From Promethearchaeota archaeon (GTDB lineage Archaea; Asgardarchaeota; Lokiarchaeia; Sigyniarchaeales; SOKP01): 64,000 nucleotides of DNA. Position numbers and translations under genes: made by a program. The stretch is from NCBI GenBank assembly GCA_008080735.1, contig SHMW01000001.1:32001-96000 (forward strand), read 5' to 3'. Positions 38,548-47,978 of the stretch are shown here, piece by piece; the first letter of the stretch is position 1; every line of letters begins with the position of its first letter. The notes beneath the pieces are model-generated. The model saw nothing but the letters and a program-made list of their open reading frames with translations. It had not been told where the DNA came from and searched no databases.

Positions 38548-39603
38548 ATGATCCAATTGGAGCAAAAAACATTTGATCTAAACTTTTTGCAAAATTTTTT
38601 TACACCCATAGATAATTTAGAGGGAAAATTAAATCGACTGGATTCAAAATTTTCCAAATATAATGAACTAAATGATAAACTAGATAATCAACTAAATCAA
38701 GAGCTTCTTTCTGTCCAATTAAAAAATCTTTATGAGATAATAAATTCAATAAACGAAAATATAGTACAAATCAACCAAAAAAACCTCGAAACATTTCTCA
38801 ACTTTCAAGATATATTGGTTTCCAAATATAAACAACTCAATATAGATCGTCTTAAGCAATTAGATATTAATCAAGAAGATATGAAACAAGTAGGATTATC
38901 TCTTATTGGAAAGAAAAAGACTGCGAAGATTATATATAAAGCCTCATTTACACCTTCCATTGAAATAGATGATTGGATGGATTTGTTGGATTATCTTAGA
39001 AATAATTCATTATTCATCTCAATAATTGATGATGTTGAAAGTTATTATGAAAAGATACTTGAAAGAAAATTAGCAGAAGAAATTTCAAAAATCCCCGATG
39101 ATTTTGACAATAATCTGATAGAGGATTATAAGATCGCCTTCTGGAAAAATTCTGATTTAACATTCGAAAAATATATCCGAAACATTCAGCAGGAGCAAAT
39201 TAAACGAGAAATCGAAAAAAAAGGCGAATCAATCCAAGAGGCGAAGAAAAAGGACGAGTTAGAAGAATTAAAAAAAAACCAAGAAGAACAAAGAAAATTA
39301 TACGAGGATTATCTAAAATATTCAGATAGAGAATTTGAACGTAGAAGAAGAAAAGAAAAAAGAGAAAAACTATCTGAAATTGCTCAAAAGCCGAAAAAAC
39401 AAGATGGAATTAGTGAAGATGTTGAGGAGAAAATAAAAAAGTTTAAATCTAAATTCGAAAATTCTTTCGAAGATAAATATTTAATTCAAAAAGATGATAC
39501 TACGGATCCCAGAAATATCGTAAGAAATCGAAAGAAAAAAAAGGAAGAAGAATATCAAAAATATCTTAAAAAATTTAAGGATAATTCAAATAATAAGGAT
39601 TAA
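38548..39603 (+). CDS. Coiled-coil, highly charged hypothetical protein
   Basis: 351 aa, K/E-rich helical C-terminal half. Confidence 0.75.
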   Translation: MIQLEQKTFDLNFLQNFFTPIDNLEGKLNRLDSKFSKYNELNDKLDNQLNQELLSVQLKNLYEIINSINENIVQINQKNLETFLNFQDILVSKYKQLNIDRLKQLDINQEDMKQVGLSLIGKKKTAKIIYKASFTPSIEIDDWMDLLDYLRNNSLFISIIDDVESYYEKILERKLAEEISKIPDDFDNNLIEDYKIAFWKNSDLTFEKYIRNIQQEQIKREIEKKGESIQEAKKKDELEELKKNQEEQRKLYEDYLKYSDREFERRRRKEKREKLSEIAQKPKKQDGISEDVEEKIKKFKSKFENSFEDKYLIQKDDTTDPRNIVRNRKKKKEEEYQKYLKKFKDNSNNKD

Positions 39604-39615
39604 GAATAGTCAATT

Positions 39616-41190
39616 ATGGAGATACAAATCAATAACCAAAAAATTCCACTTAAAGAAAGACTCAACCTAATTCTGGGAGATTTTCAAGGAGAAGAATTGA
39701 ATGTTAATTTTAATGAAAAATATTTCAAATACACACAGTTTGAAGATTTTACCATAATTCCATTTAAAAAATTTTTAAAATATATTAAGTATATTGATCC
39801 CTCAAAAGTAGAATTTGATAATCTAAATTTACTTATTCAATATCTAAACAAATTTGAAGAGGTTTCAGGTCTTAATATCTCAATCATTAACAATTATTTA
39901 CAAATTCTTGATTTACTTTTTGCTGTCATTGACTTTAATTTAACTTTGTCAAAAAAAAGAAAACTAAAAAAAGAATTGGAATTTTCTCAACTAAAAGAAA
40001 AGTCCAGTACATTATCTGCCAAAACTAACCTTTTAAATAATTTAAATGAACAAATTAAAAAGAATCGACAAGATTTAAAATATTTAGAGGAAGATTTTTT
40101 CCAGATAAATAGTAAAAAGGAGCAATTAGAAGAAAGAATAAAAAAGTTAGAAAAAACAATAAGAAAGTTAAATCAACAAAGAAAAGCAAAATTTCAGGAA
40201 GTTAATAAAATAACGCGATCTATGGAGGAACCACAAAAAAAAACTAAGATCCCTCCTGTCGCTGGACTATCTAATGCGGAAAGAATTCAAAAATTAAGAA
40301 AAGAAGCAAAAGAGATTCATTACAAAATCAGAAAATATAAATCAGAATTAGAAAACGCAAAAAAAACCTTAGATTCGTTTCTACCCAAATATCAGTCTTA
40401 TAAAAAAGATTTTGATTCTTTAAAATCAACCATTGATAGACAAGAGAATCAAATTAAACAACAGAAGGCTGAAATCGAAGAGTTAACCCGAAAGTCTGAT
40501 ATAAAAAATCTTTCTGAAATAAAAATTGGTGATTTGAGCAATATTAGAGATTATGATACAGTTAAACAAGAAATTAGTAATACAGATAATAAAATTGATA
40601 TGATGATAGAAAAAAATGAATATTTCAAAGAAAAAGAAATACAGAATTTTGACAAATTAGAACATAGACTTATCGAATTTAAAGCTTTTCTCTTGGAACA
40701 AAATGATGATTTGATTTATGAAATAAATATAAACACAGTTAATTCTTTAGTTGATAATCTACGAGAATTTGAGCTATATTTAAAAGATGTTGAAGATCTT
40801 ATGAATAGAATGATTGGACAAATCAATCTTGAGCTAAGCTTTGAAACTATTATCAATTTTGATGATAAAGAATTCTTTATTAAACCTAAATTTACTAGAA
40901 ATGAAAAAGAAACTTTAGAATTTAACCAACTTACCACCCCTGAAAAGGTCTTTGTAGTTATAACTCTCTTCATCACAATCAATATCTCATTGGATGAAAG
41001 GGAAGTTCTTTTCTCAAATCTCTATCTTAATGAAAATTTTAACAAAAGAGGTTCTCTCTTTCGAACTCTTAGGAAAATTATACCTATATTTCAACAAAAT
41101 AAGAATTTTAGCGATATAGAATTAAATTTTGCTATATCAAATTTAGAAATGAAGCGTCCAATCGAAAATATTAATATTATAAAACTTTAA
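39616..41190 (+). CDS. SMC/Rad50-like coiled-coil protein with a degenerate ABC-ATPase head
   Basis: N-terminal LNLILGDFQG at the Walker A position; long central coiled coil; C-terminal QLTTPEKVF..ITLF (LSGGEK position), VLFSN (Walker B position), NFAISN (H-switch position). Confidence 0.65.
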   Translation: MEIQINNQKIPLKERLNLILGDFQGEELNVNFNEKYFKYTQFEDFTIIPFKKFLKYIKYIDPSKVEFDNLNLLIQYLNKFEEVSGLNISIINNYLQILDLLFAVIDFNLTLSKKRKLKKELEFSQLKEKSSTLSAKTNLLNNLNEQIKKNRQDLKYLEEDFFQINSKKEQLEERIKKLEKTIRKLNQQRKAKFQEVNKITRSMEEPQKKTKIPPVAGLSNAERIQKLRKEAKEIHYKIRKYKSELENAKKTLDSFLPKYQSYKKDFDSLKSTIDRQENQIKQQKAEIEELTRKSDIKNLSEIKIGDLSNIRDYDTVKQEISNTDNKIDMMIEKNEYFKEKEIQNFDKLEHRLIEFKAFLLEQNDDLIYEININTVNSLVDNLREFELYLKDVEDLMNRMIGQINLELSFETIINFDDKEFFIKPKFTRNEKETLEFNQLTTPEKVFVVITLFITINISLDEREVLFSNLYLNENFNKRGSLFRTLRKIIPIFQQNKNFSDIELNFAISNLEMKRPIENINIIKL

Positions 41191-41206
41191 AAGAGGAAAA
41201 AACAAT

Positions 41207-41710
41207 ATGTCAGAACAAACCTTTGAAGATACTGTTAGAAAGATTTCAAAGATGATCTTAATAAATGAACACAAGATGGTGCGGGAAGAGGATTTAATCC
41301 AACTCTGTCCAGAATCAATAAATTTTGATCAAGTTATTAACCATACATATCAAAATCTAATAGAAATGGGATTTGAATTAATAACCAGTACTTTTTTAGA
41401 TCAAAAGTATTATATCTTAACCTCCGATGGTAAGGATGATAATATAACCCCTACCCAATATGGTATCCTCGCCATTTTTCTAGCTCTCAGCAAGGAAGTA
41501 GATGAAAATCTGAAATACTCAGATATGAAAAATATTTTTTCTGAGGTCTGGGATAATGTGGAACCATTAATTGAAAAGGATTTCATAAGGAAGATTTCCA
41601 TCAGAAGTACAGAAATTCTTAAAATGACACCGTTAGGGAAAGCATCACTCAAGAATGTCATTCAAAACATTAAATTGAAAAACCTCCTTGACGTATTTAA
41701 AAAAGAATAA
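41207..41710 (+). CDS. Tandem winged-helix KITE protein (MAGE/Nse3-, Nse1- or ScpB-like)
   Basis: KMILI.E.K.VR..DL....F..VI......L...GFEL.......YYIL; GILAIFLAL; LI.KDFI....L.MTP.G. Confidence 0.65.
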   Translation: MSEQTFEDTVRKISKMILINEHKMVREEDLIQLCPESINFDQVINHTYQNLIEMGFELITSTFLDQKYYILTSDGKDDNITPTQYGILAIFLALSKEVDENLKYSDMKNIFSEVWDNVEPLIEKDFIRKISIRSTEILKMTPLGKASLKNVIQNIKLKNLLDVFKKE

Positions 41711-41739
41711 ATGAAAATTTAGGTTTTTTAAAAATAATG

Positions 41740-42156
41740 TTATTCTAGATCCATTTTAAATTGATCATAAATTTTTTGTACCCTTTCAGCACTTGGACCG
41801 CTGCCTCTAACGCCGTTTTCATCTACGATTATTTTTCCCCCCAAGATAGAAATTATGTTCTGATCATCAATATATTGAACATGCCCTTTACTGAAAATCT
41901 TAGAAATCCGTTCTGCTAACGCTTCCATGGGAAATGGTTCCTCTTCGACGGTTATGTAATTATAAAACGTATTATTAATGAGGACTTCAGGAAAGGCTTT
42001 ATTTTTCTCGTTTCTCACGCTACTTAAAATCAAATTTGCTTCTTGAGAAATTCCCTTAAGGGTTCCTACAAAAAATCTATCATCATCAATATAGACCTTA
42101 ACAATTTTATCAATGAATTTTTGAAGTTCAGAATTATATTCTCTGGCAATTGACAT
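41740..42156 (-). CDS. Sm/LSm protein with a C-terminal domain (SmAP3-like)
   Basis: EL..FIDK.VKV.......GTL.G.....NLILS Sm1 motif; C-terminal GV.GSGP.AERV..IY. Confidence 0.85.
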   Translation of the reverse strand: MSIAREYNSELQKFIDKIVKVYIDDDRFFVGTLKGISQEANLILSSVRNEKNKAFPEVLINNTFYNYITVEEEPFPMEALAERISKIFSKGHVQYIDDQNIISILGGKIIVDENGVRGSGPSAERVQKIYDQFKMDLE

Positions 42157-42193
42157 ACTAATTCACTCAATTTTGTTAAAATATTTATGTAAA

Positions 42194-42859
42194 TTATTCT
42201 AATAGTGCCTGTATGAGTTGCTCAACATTCTCTCCAGTTTTGCAACTTGTTGTGAATATCTTTAGATTTGGATTTATTTCCTTCGCATCATTAATCATAA
42301 CATTCAGATCCACATCGATTACATCTAATAAATCGATTTTATTGATCACGGCAATATCAGACATCTTAAATAATAATGGATGCTTTTCAATTACCCATGG
42401 ACCTTCTGTGATCGAGACAACTACAACCCTTTTTGATACTCCCAATATAAAATCGGATGGACAAATCAGATTTCCGACATTTTCAATAAATACGACATCG
42501 TACTTGCTTAAATCAATGTTTTTAATAACTTGGGAAATATGATAGGAATTCAATGCACATTCCCGACCAGTATTAATCTGGATTGCTTTTGCTCCCACAT
42601 TTTCAATCCTATCTGCATCAACGCGCGTCGCGACATCCCCGTTGATTACTAATACTCGGTATGTGCTCGAAAGCTCTTTGGCGATCTGTTCTAATAGAGC
42701 GGTTTTTCCAGCCCCAATCGCTCCCACAATATCGAACGATTTAATATTATAATTTTCAAAAATTTCCTTATTTTGAGCTGCTAACATATCATTATTTCGG
42801 ATAAGATCTTCATTCAGTTCGATGATTTTAGATATCGTGTTCTTTTTATTCTCAGGCAT
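42194..42859 (-). CDS. hypB: Hydrogenase nickel-incorporation GTPase HypB
   Basis: GAIGAGKT, GD.....DA.RI, QINTG, IENVGNLICP, NKIDL. Confidence 0.9.
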   Translation of the reverse strand: MPENKKNTISKIIELNEDLIRNNDMLAAQNKEIFENYNIKSFDIVGAIGAGKTALLEQIAKELSSTYRVLVINGDVATRVDADRIENVGAKAIQINTGRECALNSYHISQVIKNIDLSKYDVVFIENVGNLICPSDFILGVSKRVVVVSITEGPWVIEKHPLLFKMSDIAVINKIDLLDVIDVDLNVMINDAKEINPNLKIFTTSCKTGENVEQLIQALLE

Positions 42860-42960
42860 TTTCTCGAATAACTTAGCACTCTTTAAGCTTATATAAATCT
42901 CTAAAAAAGAAAAAATTTTGGTTTAGAATCATTTGGATGTATATTTTTTTATAAAAAAAT

Positions 42961-43896
42961 TTAGGCAAAATATCGAAACTTATGGCGGAAAAGGATATAT
43001 GAGGCAACAAGTCCTCCCAGATCTGGCAGATACCACGCAAGAACAATAGGATCTAAAACGATTAAGTAGGATATAAGTCCTGGTACTAATCTAAATAGAA
43101 TTAACAACAATAGAATTATTTTACCTTTCATTCTTATCGGAATAAACATTAAAAGAAATGTCATCTCCCGATCGAAGCTGAAATAGATTATAAAGGAAAT
43201 TACTCCTAATAATCCACCAAATGCTAAACCAATCGGTAAAATAATTCCTCCAGAACTTGCTAAGTCTAAAGGTAACCATATTGCGACATAAATTAATCCA
43301 GTAATGAAGGTGGAAAATAAATACAAGGTTATTAAAAATTTTGATCCAAACCGCAACTCAATAATTTTAATAATATTATAGAAAAGTAAAATTATAATAA
43401 ATAAGAAGAAAATCCCAAATAGGCCCTCTGAATAGTTAAAGAAAGGAGCTGTGAAAAATGTCCAGATATATAGATTGAAGAAACTTAAGCGACTTAATCC
43501 TACATAATCTGCAAATACAACAATATCTTCTAGTTGAATCGATCCTACAATAGATATAATAAAGATAGCGATAATGAGATAAAGGGTAATTGAGGTGCCT
43601 CCAAAACCCATTGAAGAGCTTTCAAACATTTTTCTTGCTCTCTTTCTCTGCTTTTCTTGCTTTCGCAAAAATTTCTTAGCCTTTTTCGACTCTTCTCCTG
43701 ATGAGACAAAACGATATCTTTCTCGCTCTCGCTTTTCACCTCTCCGAGATGTTGGGACAGATGGGGTATGCTTTCTTTCAAATGTACATTCATGATTTTC
43801 TGGTAAACGATGGTCTTTACAGTATTGGTTACCACAATATTTGCACCGAAATGGCAAATACCCAATCTCTTTTCCGCAGAATTCGCAATATGGCAT
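42961..43896 (-). CDS. AN1-type zinc finger fused to a rhomboid-like (probably inactive) domain
   Basis: CEFC...LPF.CKYC...YC..HRLPE.HEC; WTFFTAPF, E..FGS.F...Y, F.PI.MK; catalytic Ser/His positions read GLAFGG / PDLGG. Confidence 0.85.
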   Translation of the reverse strand: MPYCEFCGKEIGYLPFRCKYCGNQYCKDHRLPENHECTFERKHTPSVPTSRRGEKRERERYRFVSSGEESKKAKKFLRKQEKQRKRARKMFESSSMGFGGTSITLYLIIAIFIISIVGSIQLEDIVVFADYVGLSRLSFFNLYIWTFFTAPFFNYSEGLFGIFFLFIIILLFYNIIKIIELRFGSKFLITLYLFSTFITGLIYVAIWLPLDLASSGGIILPIGLAFGGLLGVISFIIYFSFDREMTFLLMFIPIRMKGKIILLLLILFRLVPGLISYLIVLDPIVLAWYLPDLGGLVASYILFRHKFRYFA

Positions 43897-44061
43897 TTTT
43901 TACTCGAACCTTTTATTCTTTTCTAATCTAGTTTTGTTATCCGACTTAAAACTAATGCAATCTAGGATAATTAGGTACTAAAAAGTAGTATCATTCATAT
44001 TTTTTTTTACTTTAGTTGGTAAGTAAAAAGTTATGTATCCATATGATTAATGAATTCATTC

Positions 44062-45105
44062 TTACAATACATTATAATAAGGATTCACATTTGAAGGTGC
44101 ATAAATACAGATATAATTGATAACAATTAAAACAAGCATCGAAATTACGAGAAAGAAATACACCTTTTTATTCCACTTAAAAATATTTTCTCCATCTAAT
44201 ATACCCACAGGGATAAGATTAAAGAGTCCCAGCATGAAATTTAAAGAGGCAGAAATTCCGATAAATAAATTGATAGGATAAATTGGCACTAGAAAAGATG
44301 CCATAAATAAAATAGTCCCATAGATTAAATTAATGGTAGGTCCCGCAGCTTTGCATAAACCCGTCGTTCGGTCAACTTTATCCAAACCGAGTACGACCAC
44401 TGCCCCTGGTAATGCTAATGCGGGCAATGAAGGTGATTGTGTGAGTAAAGAGATAACACCCATTGCTAAACCGAATAAGGTTATTATCATTCCAAACTTA
44501 AGTAGACGGAATTTTGTTTGGAGTCCAAAATGAATTGCTACTTGTCGATGCCCAAACTCATGAAATAGAAATGCTGTGGTGTAAAATCCTGCCACCATAA
44601 ATATAACCCAACCATACCCCATCGCATTTAATATTTCCTGATTATCCGGGTTATAAAATCCAAGAAGGCCAATAAGAAAGATTAAAATCGCCCCAATAAG
44701 TAGATGCAAGAATTCGGATTTATAGGGCAAGAGAATTCCTTTAAATTCAATACCAGAGTCGGGATCAAAGGCGTTTTCTGGAATGTTTGTTTCTCTTCTA
44801 TACCATGTAAAACTTCCGTCTGTAGTACCTCGTCTTTCCCCGTTGTCTACATATGTTTCTCGGGTGTAGGGAGATTGATCCTGTAGATTTTGTGGCGCTA
44901 GGTTATAATTCAAAGCGGATTGTTCTTGAACCCCAGCAGGTTGGTACCCATATTGATTTGAAGTTTCTTGTAGATGCTGTGATTCTAGAACAAGATTACA
45001 TTCATGATCAATTGGATCTTTATGAAGATGACAATACTTTTGCTTACATTTTTCACATTGAAATAGTTGATCATACTCCTCACCACAATGATAACATTTA
45101 GACAT
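44062..45105 (-). CDS. AN1-type zinc finger fused to an M50 (site-2 protease) metallopeptidase
   Basis: CYHC...CEKC...YC..H..P..HEC; HEFGH, AAGP..N, FNLIP.G.LDG. Confidence 0.9.
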   Translation of the reverse strand: MSKCYHCGEEYDQLFQCEKCKQKYCHLHKDPIDHECNLVLESQHLQETSNQYGYQPAGVQEQSALNYNLAPQNLQDQSPYTRETYVDNGERRGTTDGSFTWYRRETNIPENAFDPDSGIEFKGILLPYKSEFLHLLIGAILIFLIGLLGFYNPDNQEILNAMGYGWVIFMVAGFYTTAFLFHEFGHRQVAIHFGLQTKFRLLKFGMIITLFGLAMGVISLLTQSPSLPALALPGAVVVLGLDKVDRTTGLCKAAGPTINLIYGTILFMASFLVPIYPINLFIGISASLNFMLGLFNLIPVGILDGENIFKWNKKVYFFLVISMLVLIVINYICIYAPSNVNPYYNVL

Positions 45106-45294
45106 AATTTAATCGATCCTTTTCTTAAATTTTTTGTATATAAATTTTTTTTCTAAAAAGAATAAACAAGATTTACTTAATAAAAGTATTTTTGATGCTT
45201 AAAGTTAATTTTATTAAATGAGAAAATCATTTATTTTATATTAGACTTATAATAGAATTGAATATTAAAATAAAAAAGGGTTATTTAAAATAAG

Positions 45295-45423
45295 ATGTCA
45301 GACGATGATGAAAAAGACTACGATAAAGGCGATCTGAAAAAAGAGCGAGATAGACTTGATAAAATGGGAGCAAAATCGACCTTTAATCTTCTTAGTGAAA
45401 AAAAGAAAGAAGAAGATAAGTAA
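45295..45423 (+). CDS. Unannotated 42-aa charged micro-protein
   Basis: MSDDDEKDYDKGDLKKERDRLDKMGAKSTFNLLSEKKKEEDK*; purine-rich coding-like segment in an AT-rich intergenic region, followed by a T-tract. Confidence 0.55.
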   Translation: MSDDDEKDYDKGDLKKERDRLDKMGAKSTFNLLSEKKKEEDK

Positions 45424-45516
45424 AATCGGGTTATATTTTTTTTAACATAATATTTATTTAAAAATATTCTATTAGTTTCATAAGAATATTACATTTCCAA
45501 TGTTAGTGTTATCCAT

Positions 45517-47127
45517 ATGACCAGTTTTCCGGTATCGACCCACGATGGCCCCTACTCTTCTAATACCATAGTTTCACGTTCCTTTCTAATTGTTTATGGA
45601 ATTAATATTTGGATAAGCTTTTATATTCTCATCATCGAATCCTTATTGTTTTTCAATTTGACTAAACATACCCTTACACTTCTGATTTTGACCTTTCCAA
45701 TTCAAGTTTTTATAGGATACTTCGTATTGGTATTTTCTGCCTTATTCACCGCAAAGCTACTGTTAATTCTTCTCAATTTAATCCATCCGCCAAAAGAAGG
45801 AATCTTCAAGCGAACAAGGGAGGATCGAGATTTTTATTTTTGGAGCTTTCGATCTGTTATAAAAAAGTGGCCGATTTGGATCATTAGCCTCCTTCCTTCC
45901 TCAGTTCTAAATAATCTTACTCTTACAATATTTGGAATTAAAACTTCTTTCTCTAATAGTATTAATAATGCAAACATGGATACAGAATTTATTGAATTTG
46001 GTAAGAACATCACCTTAGGGAAAGGTTCTTTTATCAAATCTTCTATGGTTTTTGGGGAATATTTAATTATCAAAAGGATTATTATCAAAGATAATGTGGT
46101 TATCGGGCCAGCGAGTTATGTATCTCCTGGAACAATTATTCAGCAAAATACAGTTTTAAATACTCTCTCAATGACTCAATTTAACCAAATCTTAGAAAAG
46201 TGTTCAATCTATTCTGGATATCCTGCTAAAAAACAATGCAAAAAAAAAGATTTAACAACTTACGCAGATAAGTTTACAAATCTTAATTTATCATATTCTA
46301 ACTTAGAATCATCAAAAAGGCTAGATTTTTTAACAGAGCCTTCAAAACCAACTGGAAAATTTATTAAAAAAATACCAACTTATGTGGGGCTCTTCCTTTT
46401 GTTATATTTCTTTGCCTATATGCCAGTATTAATAGCATTGTATTTCTATACAACTAAAATCTTTTTCCCTTTAGTCATTGCCAAACCTATTGCTTCCAGT
46501 CTTTTTCTCAGTAATTTTTCTATGTTAGTTCTTATTTTTACTCCTCCCATAATTTTGATCTTACATCTTAGCAATATCTTTCTCACAGTTCTAATCACTA
46601 AAATTTGTTATTATGTTATCTGTAAAATTAATACCCCAAAAGAAGGAGTTTTTCATTGGAAAGATAAATCTGCAGATTACGATTTCTATTTTCTTCGCTC
46701 TTTTCTGCTGCGCTATGTTAAATGGAAAATTCAAAGGGGTCCCTATCCATGGCTCATTAAAAGCGTGTTTAATTTTATCGGAGGTTGTCATTTTGGAAAA
46801 GATTGTGTAATAGAGGATATGTATTTAGCAAAAGAATTCATTAATGTAGGTGAAAACGTTTATTTAGGAAAGATATTACTTACAAACCAATTATGGGATA
46901 AAGAATTAACAGTAAAAGGTGTAAAAATAGAAGATGGGGCAGTCGTGAGCGATGGTTGCTGTATTGGTCCTGGAACGTACATCAAAAAAAACACAACCGT
47001 CTTACCATTCTCTATAACCTCTAAAAATGAGGTCTTGGATTCTAATTCTGTGTATTATGATGCGACTGTAAAAAAAATCAAAACAGAAAAAGAACTAATA
47101 AAAATTCTTAATTTTAAGCCTATTTAA
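45517..47127 (+). CDS. Membrane protein with two [TM + left-handed beta-helix acyltransferase-like] modules
   Basis: Two copies of TM-TM-(H/T)PKEG.F....D.DFYF followed by hexapeptide repeats (IKDNVVIG..S.V.PG). Confidence 0.75.
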   Translation: MTSFPVSTHDGPYSSNTIVSRSFLIVYGINIWISFYILIIESLLFFNLTKHTLTLLILTFPIQVFIGYFVLVFSALFTAKLLLILLNLIHPPKEGIFKRTREDRDFYFWSFRSVIKKWPIWIISLLPSSVLNNLTLTIFGIKTSFSNSINNANMDTEFIEFGKNITLGKGSFIKSSMVFGEYLIIKRIIIKDNVVIGPASYVSPGTIIQQNTVLNTLSMTQFNQILEKCSIYSGYPAKKQCKKKDLTTYADKFTNLNLSYSNLESSKRLDFLTEPSKPTGKFIKKIPTYVGLFLLLYFFAYMPVLIALYFYTTKIFFPLVIAKPIASSLFLSNFSMLVLIFTPPIILILHLSNIFLTVLITKICYYVICKINTPKEGVFHWKDKSADYDFYFLRSFLLRYVKWKIQRGPYPWLIKSVFNFIGGCHFGKDCVIEDMYLAKEFINVGENVYLGKILLTNQLWDKELTVKGVKIEDGAVVSDGCCIGPGTYIKKNTTVLPFSITSKNEVLDSNSVYYDATVKKIKTEKELIKILNFKPI

Positions 47128-47149
47128 AAACAAATATAATTTTATCAAT

Positions 47150-47887
47150 ATGTCAACCAATTTTTCAATTATAGAAGGAAACAATCTGAAAGAGAATAGA
47201 TTCTTTATTCTAAAATTTTTGATGATATGGCCCGCCATTTTTTTTACATCCATCAATTTGTTATCCTATTTTGAGTTTTTATACCAAATTTTTGGTCTAT
47301 CCCTCCTTCTCATTTTTCTACCAGGTCAACTTCTCCTTAATTTCGGTATATTCCTTCTGACTCTGTTTTCCTTTGGGAAAATATATTTAATAATCATCAA
47401 CCTGATTCACCTTCCGAAAGAAGGTAAATTTGAATGTTCATTAAAAGATAAAGATTATTTCTTCTATTGTATGAGAACTACTATTAAAGAATTTATTGTT
47501 AAAACCTATGATTATTTTCCACTCCCTTGGGCCAAAATATTCCCTTTAAAATTTTTTAATCTCACTATACCATCCAGCGCGGGGGTTCTTGACAGTTATA
47601 TCGATACAGATTTTATTGAATTAGGAGAAGAATCGATCTTAGGCGAAGGGGCAATAATTTTTAGTTCTCTAATTTTGGATGATACATTATTGATCAAAAA
47701 AACAGTGATACAAGATCGAGCTACAATTGGGGCATATAGTATAGTTGCACCAGGAACTTATGTTGAAGAGGGAAGTATTCTAGGCATGGGAAGTTATACC
47801 CAGATTAATCAAATTCTTGAAAAAGGATGGATTTATGTAGGGCGCCCTGCGAGAAAATTAAAACAGATTCAAAATACAATAAATTAA
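47150..47887 (+). CDS. Membrane protein with a single [TM + left-handed beta-helix] module, paralog of the upstream gene
   Basis: HLPKEGKF...DKDYFF, DTDFIELG, IGAYSIVAPG, YVGRPARK. Confidence 0.78.
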   Translation: MSTNFSIIEGNNLKENRFFILKFLMIWPAIFFTSINLLSYFEFLYQIFGLSLLLIFLPGQLLLNFGIFLLTLFSFGKIYLIIINLIHLPKEGKFECSLKDKDYFFYCMRTTIKEFIVKTYDYFPLPWAKIFPLKFFNLTIPSSAGVLDSYIDTDFIELGEESILGEGAIIFSSLILDDTLLIKKTVIQDRATIGAYSIVAPGTYVEEGSILGMGSYTQINQILEKGWIYVGRPARKLKQIQNTIN

Positions 47888-47978
47888 TCATTATTAAATG
47901 GATTTTTTAAAAGATAAAGAGAGATTTTAATTTTTAAAAAGCTTTTTTAATTATATATAATATCTTACAATATTCTAA

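Noticed and set aside
37464-39603. Vps4/ESCRT-III (Cdv) cell-division locus
   Set aside because: The ATPase lacks an MIT domain and the aromatic pore loop, and the neighbours do not show Snf7-like size or pattern
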